This document shows positions 1 through 12,858 of a DNA stretch of 64,000 nucleotides, one piece after another. This DNA comes from the human T2T-CHM13v2.0 reference genome, Homo sapiens, in NCBI RefSeq assembly GCF_009914755.1, contig NC_060944.1. One strand, 5' to 3'. The notes under the pieces are model-generated. The model saw only the letters and a program-made list of their open reading frames with translations, did not search any database and was not told where the DNA came from. Positions within the stretch are counted from its first letter, which is position 1, and the number at the start of each line of letters is the position of its first letter. The position numbers and the translations under genes are program-made.

Positions 1-56
1 GCAGCCTCAGGGGTTGCCTGGGGGTGTGTGTTTCAATGCCTCTGCTGTATGACTCC

Positions 57-190
57 GTGTGTGTGTGTGTGTGAGTGTGAGTGTGTGTGTGAGTGTGTGT
101 CTCCCTTTGTCTCTTCTCTTTGTCTCTCAGTCTCTGTGTGTTTCTTTCCCTCTCTCTGTCTGTGTGTGTGTGCCCGTGTGCGTGTGTGTC
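57..190. repeat. (GT)n/(GAGTGT)n microsatellite followed by a CT/GT low-complexity tract
   Basis: Seen directly: gtgtgtgtgtgtgtgtgagtgtgagtgtgtgtgtgagtgtgtgt at 57-100, then ctct/gtgt runs to about 190. Confidence 0.95.
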
Positions 191-492
191 TTTGGCCGAA
201 TGCGCCCAGTGCACCACAGAGCGATTTTTCGCATGTCGGCCTGTCTTTGGTGAGCCTCTTTCTGCGTCTCTGCCTGGGTCGTGCATCCGGTTGTCAATCG
301 TCTTTGCCGTCGCGGTCCCGCTTTGGGTGTGTGAAGGCCTGGCCCACGTGAGGAGATGCGTCGGTCCCGGAGCAATTGTAATCTCATCCCCTTTCTGCGC
401 GTCCTCTTTTCTAGGATCAAGATGAACACACTGCAGCCGAGGACAAGAGACCCACAGGAGCTCTTCGTCCTGCAGGAGAGGAGAGGACCCAC
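127..492 (-). pseudogene. FAM27: FAM27D/E-like conceptual ORF (lncRNA/pseudogene family, probably non-coding)
   Basis: 121-aa ORF carrying the QLLRDRRISSRGPGLH motif recalled from FAM27D1/FAM27E3. Its C-terminus is translated microsatellite (THTHTGTHTQ), which argues against a real protein. The specific paralog cannot be assigned. Confidence 0.55.
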
Positions 493-2137
493 GTCAGTGA
501 AGATGGTTGTATCTTTTCACGGCTCTTCTCTGAGAAATGAAGCCACACCACGATACAGTCTGCAAGAGGAAGCCGGTAATGGGAGATGGCAACAACCCCT
601 GTCACTGGAATGCTGGCATCTCTGGACAAGCCACCCTTTTGGAACCTTCCCCTTATGCCCGTGGCAGTGGCATGGTTCTGTATCCTGCCTGGGCTCTGGG
701 CTCTGGCCTCTGCTCTGTCTTCCCTCTTGCTGTGCCTCCCCTGTTTCTCAGGGGCCTAGATGCCTCTCGCTCTGGCCAAATGTCTTCAACGAAGATGACT
801 TCCAAGTCCTTCAGGGAGACACTTCCGGGAGATCAGTGTCATGATTGTTTCTCTCTCCAAACGTGTTTCTGCTTGAATGGGGAAGTTTTGAAACACTCCT
901 TTTGTTTAATCTGCTATTGGATATTTGGAGCTCTGTGAGACATTCGATGGAATCAGGAATATCTTCACATAAAAACTAGACAGAAGCATTCTCAGAAACT
1001 GCATTGTGATGTGTGCATTCAACTCACAGAATTGAACCTTTCTTTCGATAGAGCAGTTTTGAAACAGTCTTTTTGTAGAATCTGCAAGTGGGTATTTGGA
1101 GCGATTTGAGGCCTATGGTGGATAAAGAAATATCTTCCCATAAAAACTAGACAGAAGCGTTCTCACGAACTTCTTTGTGATGTGTGCATTCAGCTAACCG
1201 AGTTGAAGCTTTCTTTTGATAGAGCACTTTTGATACACTCCTTTTGTAGAATCTGATAGTGGATATTTGGAGATTTTTGAAGCCTACGTTGGAAACCGCA
1301 ATATCTTCCCAGAAAAAGTAGACAGAAGCATTCTCAGAAACTTCTTTGTGATGTGTGCATTCAACTCACGGAGTTGAACCTTTCTTTGGATAGAGCAGTT
1401 TTGAAACACTCTTTTTGTAGAATCTACAATTGTTTATTTGGAGCGCTTTGAGGCCTATGGTGTAAAAGAAAATATGTTCATATAAAAACTAGATGGAAGG
1501 ATTCTCAGAAACTTCTTTGTGATGTTTGCATTCAACTCACAGAGTTGAACATAGCTTTTGATAAAGCAGTTTTGAGTCAGTCTTTTTGTAGATCTGCAAG
1601 TGGATATCTGGAGCAATTTGAGACCTAGGGTGGAAAAGGAAATATCTTCACACAAAAACCAGAGAGAAGGATTCTTAGAAACTTCTTTGTGATGTGTGCA
1701 TTCGACTCACAGAGTTGAACCTTTCTTTTGATAGAGCAGTTTTGAAACACTCCTTTTGTAGAATCTGCTGGTGGATATTTGGGGCTCTTTGTGGCCTTCG
1801 TTGGAAATGGGAATATCATCACATAAAAACTAGACAGAAGTATTCTCACAAACTTCTTTGTGATCTGTGCATTCAACTCACAGAGTTGAACCTTCCTTTT
1901 GATAGAGCAGTTTTGAAACATTCTTTTTGTAGAATCTGCAAGTGGATATTTAGAGCAATTTGAGGCCTATGGTGGAAAAGGAAATATCTCCACATAATAC
2001 CTAGAGAGAAGCATTCTCATAAACTTCTTTGGGATGTGTGCATTTGACTCACAGAGTTGAACTTTTCTTTAGATAGAGCAGTTTTGCAACACTCCTTTTG
2101 TAGAATCTGCATGTGGATATTTGGAGCTCTTTGAGGC

Positions 2138-2154
2138 CTTCGTTGTAAACGGGA
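2138..2154 (+). promoter_or_regulatory. CENP-B box variant with the 9 essential bases intact
   Basis: CTTCGTTGTAAACGGGA fits NTTCGNNNNANNCGGGN. Confidence 0.8.
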
Positions 2155-3156
2155 TATCATCTCATAAAAACTAGACAGAAGCATTCTCAGAAACTGCTTT
2201 GGATGTATGCATTAAACTCACGGAGTTGAACCTTCCTTTTGATAGAGCAGTTTTCAAACACTCCTTTTGTAGAATCTTCATGTGTTCATTTGGAGTGCTT
2301 TGAGGCCTATGGTGGAAAAGGAAATATCTTCAAAAAAAAACTAGACAGCAGCATTATCTGAAACTTATTTATGATGTGTGCATTAAACTCACAGAGTTCT
2401 ACCTTCTTTTTAGGAGAGCAGTTTTGAAACTCTTTTTGTAGAATCTGCAAGTGGATATTTTGAGAGATTTGAGGCCTATGGTGGGAAAGGAAACATCTTC
2501 ACATAAAAACTAGACCGAAGCATTTCAGAAACTTCTTTGTGATGTGCGCATTCAGCTCACAGAATTGAACCTTTCTTTTGATAGAGCAGTCTTGAAACAC
2601 TCCTTTTGTAGAATCTGCTAGTGGCTATTTGGAGCTTTGAGGCCTTCAATGGAAACGGGAATATCTTCACATAAAAACCGGACAGACGCATTCTCACAAA
2701 CATCTTTGTGAAGTGTGCTTTCAACTCACAGAGTTTAACCTTTCTTTTGATAGAGCAGTTTTGAAACATTCTTTTTGTAGAATCTGCAAGTAATCATTTG
2801 GAGCGCTTTGAGGCCTATGGTGAAAAAGGAAATATCTTCTCAGAAAAATTAGGCAGAAGTACTCTCAGAAACTTCTTTGTGATGTGTACATCCAACTCAC
2901 AGAGTTGAACCTTCCTTTTGATAGAGCAGTTTTAAAACAGTCTTTTTGTAGAATCTGCAAGTGGATATTTGTGGAGATGTGAGGCCTATGGCGGAAAAGG
3001 AAATATCTTCACATAAAAACTAGACAGAAGCATTCTAAGAAACTTCTTTGTGATGTGTGCATTCAACTCACTGAGTTGAACCTTTCTTTTGATAGAGTAG
3101 TCTTGAAACACTCCTTTTGAATAATCTGCTAGTGGATATTTGGAGCTCTTTGAGAC

Positions 3157-3173
3157 TTTCGTTGGAAACGGGG
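3157..3173 (+). promoter_or_regulatory. CENP-B box variant with the 9 essential bases intact
   Basis: TTTCGTTGGAAACGGGG fits NTTCGNNNNANNCGGGN. Confidence 0.8.
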
Positions 3174-6032
3174 ATTTTTTCACATAAGAACCAGACAGAC
3201 ACATTCTCGCAAACAGCTTTGTGAAGTGGGCTTTCAACTCACAGAGTTTAACCTTTCTTTTGATAAAGCAGTTTTGAAACATTCTTTTTGTAGAATCTGA
3301 ATGTGTTCATTTGGAGCGCTTTGAGGCCTATGGTGGAAAAGGAAATATCTTCACATAAAAGCTAGACAGAAGCATTCTCAGAAACTTCTTTGTGATGTCT
3401 GCATTCAAACCACAGAGTTGAGTTTTCATTTTGAGAGAGCAGTTTTGAAATAGTCTTTTGTAGAATCTGCAAATGGATATTTGGAGTGATATGTGGCCTA
3501 TGGTAGAAAAGGAAATATCTTCACATAAAAACTAGATAGAAGCATTCTCAGAAACTTATTTGCGTTGTGTGCATTCAACTCACTGAGTTGAACCTTCCTC
3601 TTGATAGAGCAGTTTTGAAAGTCTTTTTGTAGAATCTCCAAGTGGATAATTGGAGAAACTTGAGGCTTATGGTGGAAAAGAAAATATCTTCACATAAAAA
3701 CTAGACAGAAGAATTCTCAGAAACTTCTTTGTGATGTGTGCATTCAACTCACAGAGTTTAACTTTACTTTTCATAGAGTAGTTTTGAAACACTCCTTTTC
3801 TAGAATCTGCTAGTGGATATTTGGAGCTCTTTGAGGCCTTCTTTGGAAACGGGAATATCTTCACATAAAAAGTAGACAGAAGCATTCTCAGAAACTGCTT
3901 TGTGATGTGTGCATTCAATTCACAGAGTTGAACCTTTCTTTTGATAGAGCGGTTTTGAAACAATCTTTTTGAATAATCTGCAACTGGACATTTGGAGGGC
4001 TTTGAAGATTATGGTGAAAAAGGAAATATCTTCACATAAAAACTACACAGAAGCCTTCTCAGAAACTTCTCTGTTGTTTGCTTTAAACTCACAGAGTTGA
4101 ACATTCCTTTTCATAGAACAGTTTTGAAACACTCTTTTTGTTGAATATGCAAGTGGATATTTGGACTGCTTTGAGTCCATCGTTGGAAAAGGGATAACTT
4201 CACAAAGACTAGACAGAAGTATTCTCAGAAACTTCTTTGTGATGTTTGCATTCAACTCACAGAGTTGAACCTTTCTTTTGATAGAGCAGTTTTGACACAC
4301 TTTTTTGTAGAATCTGCAAGTGGACATTTGTAGCACTTTGAGGCCGATGGTGAAAAAGTAAATATCTTCACATAAAAACTAGACAAAAGCATTCTCAGAA
4401 ACTTCTTTGTGATATGTGTATTCAACTCACAGAGTTGAACCTTTCTTTTGATACAGCAATTTTGAAACAATCTTTTTGTAGAATCTGCAAGTGGACATTT
4501 GGAGTGCTTTGAGGCCTGTGGTGAAAAACAAATATCTTCACATAAAAACTACACAGAAGCATTCTCAGAAACTTCTTTGTGATGTGTGCATTCAACTCTT
4601 TCTTTTGATAGAGCAGTTTTAAAACACTCTTTTTGTAGAATCTCCAACTGGACATTTGGGGCGCTTTGAGGCCCATGGTGAAAAAGGAAATATCTTCACA
4701 TAACAACTACATAGAAGCATTCTCAGAACCTTCTTAGTGTTGTTTGCCTTCCACTCACAGAGTTGAACATTCCTTCTCATAGAGCAGTTTTGAGGCACTC
4801 TCTTTGTAGAATTTGCAAGTGGATATTGGAGCGCTTTGAGGCCTTCACTGGAAACGGGATATCTACACAAAAACTAGACAGAAGCATTCTCAGAAATTTA
4901 TTTGTGATGTGTGCATTCAACTCACAGTGTTGAATCTTTCTTTTGATAGAGCAGTTTTGCAACACTCTTTTTGTGGAATCTGCAATTGGACATTTGTAGC
5001 ACTTTAAGGCCTATGGTGAAAAAAATATCTTTAAATAAAAACTAGACAGAAGCATTCAGAGAAACTTCTTTGTGATGTGTGCATTCAACTCACAGAGTTG
5101 AAGCTTTTCTTTGATAGAGCAGTTTTGAAAAACTCTTTTGTAGAATCTGCAAGTGGACATTTGGAGTGCTTTGAGGCCTGTGTTGAAAAAGGAAATATCT
5201 TCACATAAAAACTACACAGAAGCCTTCTCAGAAACTTCTTTGTGATGTTTGCTTTCAACACACAGAGTTGAATATTCCTTTTCATAGAGCAGTTTCGAAA
5301 CACTCTTTTTGTAGAATCTGCAAGTGGACATTTGGAGCACTTTGAGGCCTTCCTTGGAAACGGGATATCTTCACAAAAACTATACAGAAGCATTCTCAGA
5401 AACTTCTTTGTGATATTTGTATTCAACTCACAGAGTTATACCGTTCTTTTGATAGAGCAGTTTAGACACACTCTTTTTGTATAATCTGCAAGTGGACATT
5501 TGGAGCGCTTTAGAACCTATGGTGAAAAAGGAAATAACTTCACATAAAAACTACACAGAAGCATTCTCAGAAACTTCTTTGTGATGTGTGCATTCAACTC
5601 ACAGAGTTGAACCATTCTTTTGACCGAGCAGTTTTGAAACAATATTTTTCAAGAATCTGCAAGTGGACATTTGTAGCGCTTTGAGGCCTATAGTGATAAA
5701 GGAAACAACTTCAAATAAAAACTAGACAGAAGCATTCTCAGAAACTTCTTTTTGATATATGTATTCAACTCTTTTGATAGAGCTTGAATCCTTCTTTTGA
5801 TAGAGCAGTTTTTAAAAAATCTTTTTGTAGAATCTGCAACTGGACATTTGGAGGGCTTTGAGGCTTATGAAAAAGGAAATATCTTCACATAAAAACTACA
5901 CGGAAGCATTCTCAGAAACTTCTTTGTGTTGTTTGCTTTCAACTCACCGACTTGAACATTCCTTTTCATAGAGCATTTTTGAAACACTCTTTTTGTAGAA
6001 TCTGCAATTGGATATTTCGACTGCTTTAAGGC

Positions 6033-6049
6033 CTTCGTTGGAAACGGGA
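6033..6049 (+). promoter_or_regulatory. Canonical CENP-B box
   Basis: Exact CTTCGTTGGAAACGGGA. Confidence 0.9.
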
Positions 6050-7041
6050 ATATCTTCGCAAAAAAACTAGACAGAAGCATTCTCAGAAACTTCTCTGTGA
6101 TGTGTGCATTCAACTCATAGAGTTGAACCTTTCTTTTGATAGAGCTGTTTTGAAACACTCTTTTTATAGAATCTGCAACTGGACATTTGTAATGCTTTGA
6201 GGCCTATGGTGAAATAGGAAATATCTTCACATTAAAACTAGACAGAAGCATTCTCAGAAACTTCTTTATGATGTGTGCATTCAACTCACAGAGTTGAACC
6301 TTTCTTTATATAGAGCAGTTTTGAAAGACTCTTTTTGTAAAATCTGCAAGTGGACATTTGGAGCGCTTTGAGGCCTGTGGTGAAATAGGAAATATCTTCT
6401 CATAAAAACTACACAGAAGCATTCTCAGCAACTTCTTTGTGATGTGTGCATTCAACTCTTTCTTTTGATTGAGCAGTTTTGAAACACTGTTTTTGTAGAA
6501 TCTGCAACTGGGCATTTGGAGTGCTTTGAGGCCCATGGTGAAAAAGGAAATATCTTCACATAAAAACTACACTGAAGAATGCTCAGAAACTTCTTTGTGT
6601 TGTTTGCTTTCAACTCACAGAGTTGAACATTCCCTTTCATAGAGCAGTTTTGAAACACTCTATATGTAGAATTTGCAAGTGTATATTTGTACTGCTTAGA
6701 GGCCTTCGTTGGAAATGGGATATCTTCACAAAAACTAGTCAGAAGCATTCTCAGAAACTTCTTTGTGGTGTGTGCATTCAACTCACAGAGTTGAACATTT
6801 CTTTTTCTAGCGCAGTTTTGAAACACTCCTTTGTAGAATCTGCAAGTGGACATTTGGAGCGCTTAGAAGCCTATGGTGAAAAGGGAAATATCTTCACATA
6901 AAAACTACACAGAAGCATTCTGAGAAACTTCTTTCTGATGTGGGCCTGCAACTCACAGACTTGAACGTTTATTTTAATAGAGCAGTTTTGAAACACTCTT
7001 TTTGTAGAATTTGCAAGTGGACGTTTTGACCGCTTTAAGAT

Positions 7042-7058
7042 CTTCGTTGGAAACGGGA
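7042..7058 (+). promoter_or_regulatory. Canonical CENP-B box
   Basis: Exact CTTCGTTGGAAACGGGA. Confidence 0.9.
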
Positions 7059-8749
7059 TACCTTCACAAAAAAACTAGACAGAAGAATTCTCAGAAAGTT
7101 CTTTTTAATGTGTGCATTCAACTCACAGAGTTGAACCTTTCCTTTAATAGAGCAGTTTTGAAACACTTTTTTTTGTGGGATCTGCAAGTGGACATTTGGA
7201 GCTCTTTGAGGCCTATGGTGAAAAACGTAATATCTTCACATAAAAACTACACAGAAGCATTCTCAGAAACTTCTTTGTGATGTTTGCTTTCAACTCACAG
7301 AGTTGAACATTCTTTTTTATAGAGCAGTTTTGAAACACTCTTTTTCTAGAATCTGCAAGAGGATATATGGAACGCTTTGAGGCCTTCATTGGAAACGGCA
7401 TAACTTCACATAAAAACTAGACAGAAGCATTCTCAGAAACTTCTTTGTGATGTGTGCATTCAACTCACAGAGTTGAACCTTTCTTTTTATAGAGCGGTTT
7501 TGAAACACTCTTTTTGTAGAATCTACAAGTGGACATTAGGAGCGCTTTGAGGCCTATGGTGAAAAAGGAAATATCTTCACTTAAAAACTAGACAGAAGCA
7601 TTCTCTGAAACTTCTTTGTGATGTGTGAATTAAACTCACAGAGGTGAAACTTTCTTTTCATAGAGCAGTTTTGAAACACTCTTTTTGTAGACTCTGCAAC
7701 TGGAAATTTGGAGAGCTTTGAGGCCTATTGTGAAAAACTAAATATCTTCACATAAAAACTTGACAGAAGCATTCTCAGAAACTTCTTTGTGATGTGTGCA
7801 TTCAACTCACAGAGTTGAATTTTATTTTGATAGAGCAGTTTTGAAACACTCTTTTCGTAGAATCTACTAGTGGACATTTGGAGCGCTTTGAGGTCTCTGG
7901 TGAAAAAGGAAATATCTTCTCATAAAAACTACACAGAAGCATTCTTAGAAACTTCTTTGTGATGTGTGCTTTCAACTCAGAGTGGTGAAACTTTCTTTTG
8001 ATAGAGCACTTTTGAAACACTCTTTTTGTAGAATCTGCAAGTGGACATTTGGGGCGATTTGTAGCCTGTAGTGAAAAAGGAAATATCTTCACATAAAAAC
8101 TACACAGAAGCATTCTCAGAAACATCTTTGTGAGGTTTGCATTCAACTCTCTGTGTTGAAGATGCCTTTTCATAGAGCAGTTTTGAAACACTCTTTTCGT
8201 AGAATCTGCAAGTGGATATTTTGACAGCTTTGAGGCCTTCGTTGGAAATGGGAATATCTTCACATAAAAACTAGACAGAAGGATTCTCAGAAACTTCTTT
8301 GTGATGTGTGGATTCAACTAACATATTTGAACCTTTCTTTTGATACAGCAGTTTTGAAACACTTTTTTTCTAGAATCTGCAAGTGGACATTTGGAGAGCT
8401 TTGAGGACTTCGGTGGAAAAGGAAATCTCTTCACATAAAAACTAGACAGAAGCATTCTCAGAAACTTCTTGGTGATATTTGCATTAAACTCACAGAGCTG
8501 AACATACATTTTCATAGAGCAGTTTTGAAGCACTCTTTTCGTAGAATCTGCAAGTGGATATTTGAACTGCTTTGAGGACTTCCTTGGAAACGGGAATATC
8601 TTCACATAAAAACTAGACAGAAGCATTCTCAGAAACTTTTTTGTGATGTTTGCATTCCACTCACATAGTTGAACACACCTTTTCATAGAGCAGTTTGGAA
8701 ACACTCTTTTCGTAGAATCTGCAAGCGGATATTTGGACAGCTTTGAGGC

Positions 8750-8766
8750 CTTCGTTGTAAACGGGA
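8750..8766 (+). promoter_or_regulatory. CENP-B box variant with the 9 essential bases intact
   Basis: CTTCGTTGTAAACGGGA. Confidence 0.8.
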
Positions 8767-9088
8767 ATACCTTCACATAAAAACTCGATAGAAGCATTCC
8801 AGAAACTTCTTTGGATGTGTGCTTTCAACTCACAGAGTTGAGCCTTTCTTTTGATAGAGCTGTTTTGAAAGACCATTTTTGTAGTACCTGCAATGGGACA
8901 TTTGGAGAGCTTTGAGGCCTATGGTGGAAAGGAAATATCTTCACATAAAAATTAGACTGAAACATTCTCAGAAACTTCTTTCTGAATTTTGCTTTCAACT
9001 GACAGAGTTGAACACACATTTTCATAGAGCAGTTTTGAAACACTCTTTTCGTAGAATCTCCAAGTGGATATTTGGACTGCATTGAAGC

Positions 9089-9105
9089 CTTCGTTGGAAA
9101 CGGGA
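9089..9105 (+). promoter_or_regulatory. Canonical CENP-B box
   Basis: Exact CTTCGTTGGAAACGGGA. Confidence 0.9.
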
Positions 9106-9770
9106 ATATCTTCACATAAAAACCGGACAGAAGCATTCTCAGAAACTTATTTCTGATGCTTGCATTCAACTCACAGAGTTGAATCTTTCTTTTGATAAGG
9201 CAGTTTTGAAACACTCTTTTTGTAGAATATGCAAGTGGACATTTGGAAACTTTGAGGCCTGTGGTGGAAAAGGAAATATGTTCACATAAAAACTAGACAG
9301 AAACACTCTCAGAAACTTTTCTGTGATGTGTGCATTCAACTCACAGAGTTGAAGCTTTCTTTTGATACAGCTGTTTTGATACACTCTTTTTGTAGAATGT
9401 GCAAGTGGACATTTGGAAACTTTGAGGCCAACGGTGGAAAAGAAAATACCTTCACATAAAAACTAGACAGAAGCATCCTCAGAAACTTATTTGTGATGTT
9501 TGCATTCAACTCACAGAGTTGAAGATACCTTTTCATAGAGCAGTTTTGAAACACTATTTTCATAGAATCTGCAAGTGGATATTTGGACTGATTTGAGACC
9601 TTTGTTGCAAACAGGGATATCTTCGCATGAAAACCAGACAGAAGCATTCTCAGAAACTTCTTTGTGATGTTTGCATTCAACTGACATATTTGAACATATC
9701 TTTTCATAGAGCAGTTTTGAAACACTCTTTTCGTAGAATCTGCAAGTGGATATTTGGACTGCTTTGAGGG

Positions 9771-9787
9771 CTTCGTTGGAAACGGGA
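9771..9787 (+). promoter_or_regulatory. Canonical CENP-B box
   Basis: Exact CTTCGTTGGAAACGGGA. Confidence 0.9.
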
Positions 9788-9941
9788 ATATCTTCACTTA
9801 AAAACTAGACAGAGGTTTTCTGAGAAACATCTTTGATATGTGTGCATTCAACTGAAAGAGTTGAACCTTTCTTTTGATAGAGCAGTTTTGAAACACTCTT
9901 TTCGTAGAATCTGCAAGTGGATATTTGGACTGCCTTGAGGC

Positions 9942-9958
9942 CTTCGTTGGAAACGGGA
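9942..9958 (+). promoter_or_regulatory. Canonical CENP-B box, in the monomer adjacent to the 9771 box
   Basis: Exact CTTCGTTGGAAACGGGA, 171 bp after the previous box. Confidence 0.9.
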
Positions 9959-10898
9959 ATATCTTCACATAAAAACTAGACAGAAGCATTCTCAGAAACG
10001 TCTTTGTGATGGATGCATTCAACTCATAAAGTTGAATCTTTCTTTTGAAAGAGCAGTTTTGAAACACTCTTTTTGTAGAATCTGCAAGTGGACATTTGGA
10101 GAGCATTGAGGCCTTGTGTGGAAAAGGAAATATCTTCACATATAAACCAGACAGAGCATTCTCAGAAACTTCTTTGTGATGTTTATCTTCAACACACAGG
10201 ATTTAACATATGTTTTCATAGAGCAGTTTTGAAACACTCTTTTCATAGAATCTGCAAGCGGATATTTTGATGGCATTGAGGCCTTCATTGGAAAAGGGAA
10301 TATCTTCACATAAAAACTACACAGAAGCATTCTCAGAAACTTCTTTGTGATGTGAGCATTCAACTCACCGAGTTGAACATTTCTTTTGATACAGCAGTTT
10401 TGAAACACTCTTTTCGTTGTATCTGCAAGTGGATATTTGGACTACTTTGAGGCATTCGTTGGAAATGGGAATATATTCCATAAAAACTAGACAGAAGCAT
10501 TTTCAGAAACTTCTTTGTGATATGTGGATTCAACTCACAGTGTTGAACCTTTCTTTTGATAGAGCAGTTTTGAAACAATCTTTTTGTAGAATATGCAAGT
10601 GGTCATTTGGAGAGCTTTGAGGACTATGGTGGAAAAAAATATATTCACATAAAAGCTAGACAGAAGCATTCTCAGAAACATCTTTGTGATGTGTGCATTC
10701 AATTCACAGAGTTGAAAATGCCTTTTCATATAGCAGATTTGAAACACTCTATTCTTAGTATCTGCAAGTCGATATTTGGACTGCTTTGAGGCCTTCGTTG
10801 GAAAAGGGAATATCTTCACATAAAAAATAGAAACACTCTCAGAAACTTCTTTTTGATGTGTACATTTAACTCACTCAAAGAGTTGAACCTTCCTTTTC

Positions 10899-12846
<1,948 letters not shown>

Positions 12847-12851
<5 letters not shown>

Positions 12852-12858
12852 AAAAGCA
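12847..12858. other. Alpha-satellite strand-switch (inversion) junction
   Basis: ...TGTGATGTGTGCATTCAACT|AAAAGC|AAATGTAAACCTCAAAAAGAAGTTT...: + orientation to the left, reverse-complement orientation to the right. Confidence 0.93.

Larger units (their letters stand above)
1..883. repeat. Non-alpha pericentromeric repeat or segmental-duplication DNA, FAM27-family / SST1(NBL2)-related, cut by the window start
   Basis: More GC- and CpG-rich than the downstream satellite, with GT/CT simple repeats. The minus-strand translation 'GMRLQLLRDRRISSRGPGLHTPKA...AETQKEAHQRQA..RK.ALWCTG..RPKTHTHTGTHTQT' matches my recollection of FAM27D1/FAM27E conceptual proteins. The SST1 link is recalled, not searched. 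Confidence 0.6.
884..10898 (+). repeat. Monomeric/divergent alpha satellite with mixed A- and B-type monomers (SF5, R1/R2-like), about 58 monomers
   Basis: ~171-bp periodicity of CATTCTCAGAAACTTCTTTGTGATG...TTCAACTCACAGAGTTGAAC...GATAGAGCAGTTTTGAAACAC. GGCCTATGGTGGAAAAGGAAA (pJalpha, A-type) alternates irregularly with GGCCTTCGTTGGAAACGGGAA (CENP-B box, B-type). Starts mid-monomer at AGTTTTGAAACAC (884). Confidence 0.95.

Noticed and set aside
28-938. Plus-strand ORFs 28-351, 59-253, 93-425, 356-844 and 537-938 as protein-coding genes
   Set aside because: They overlap in all frames, are partly microsatellite-derived (CVCV), show no recognisable domain, and one runs into the satellite.
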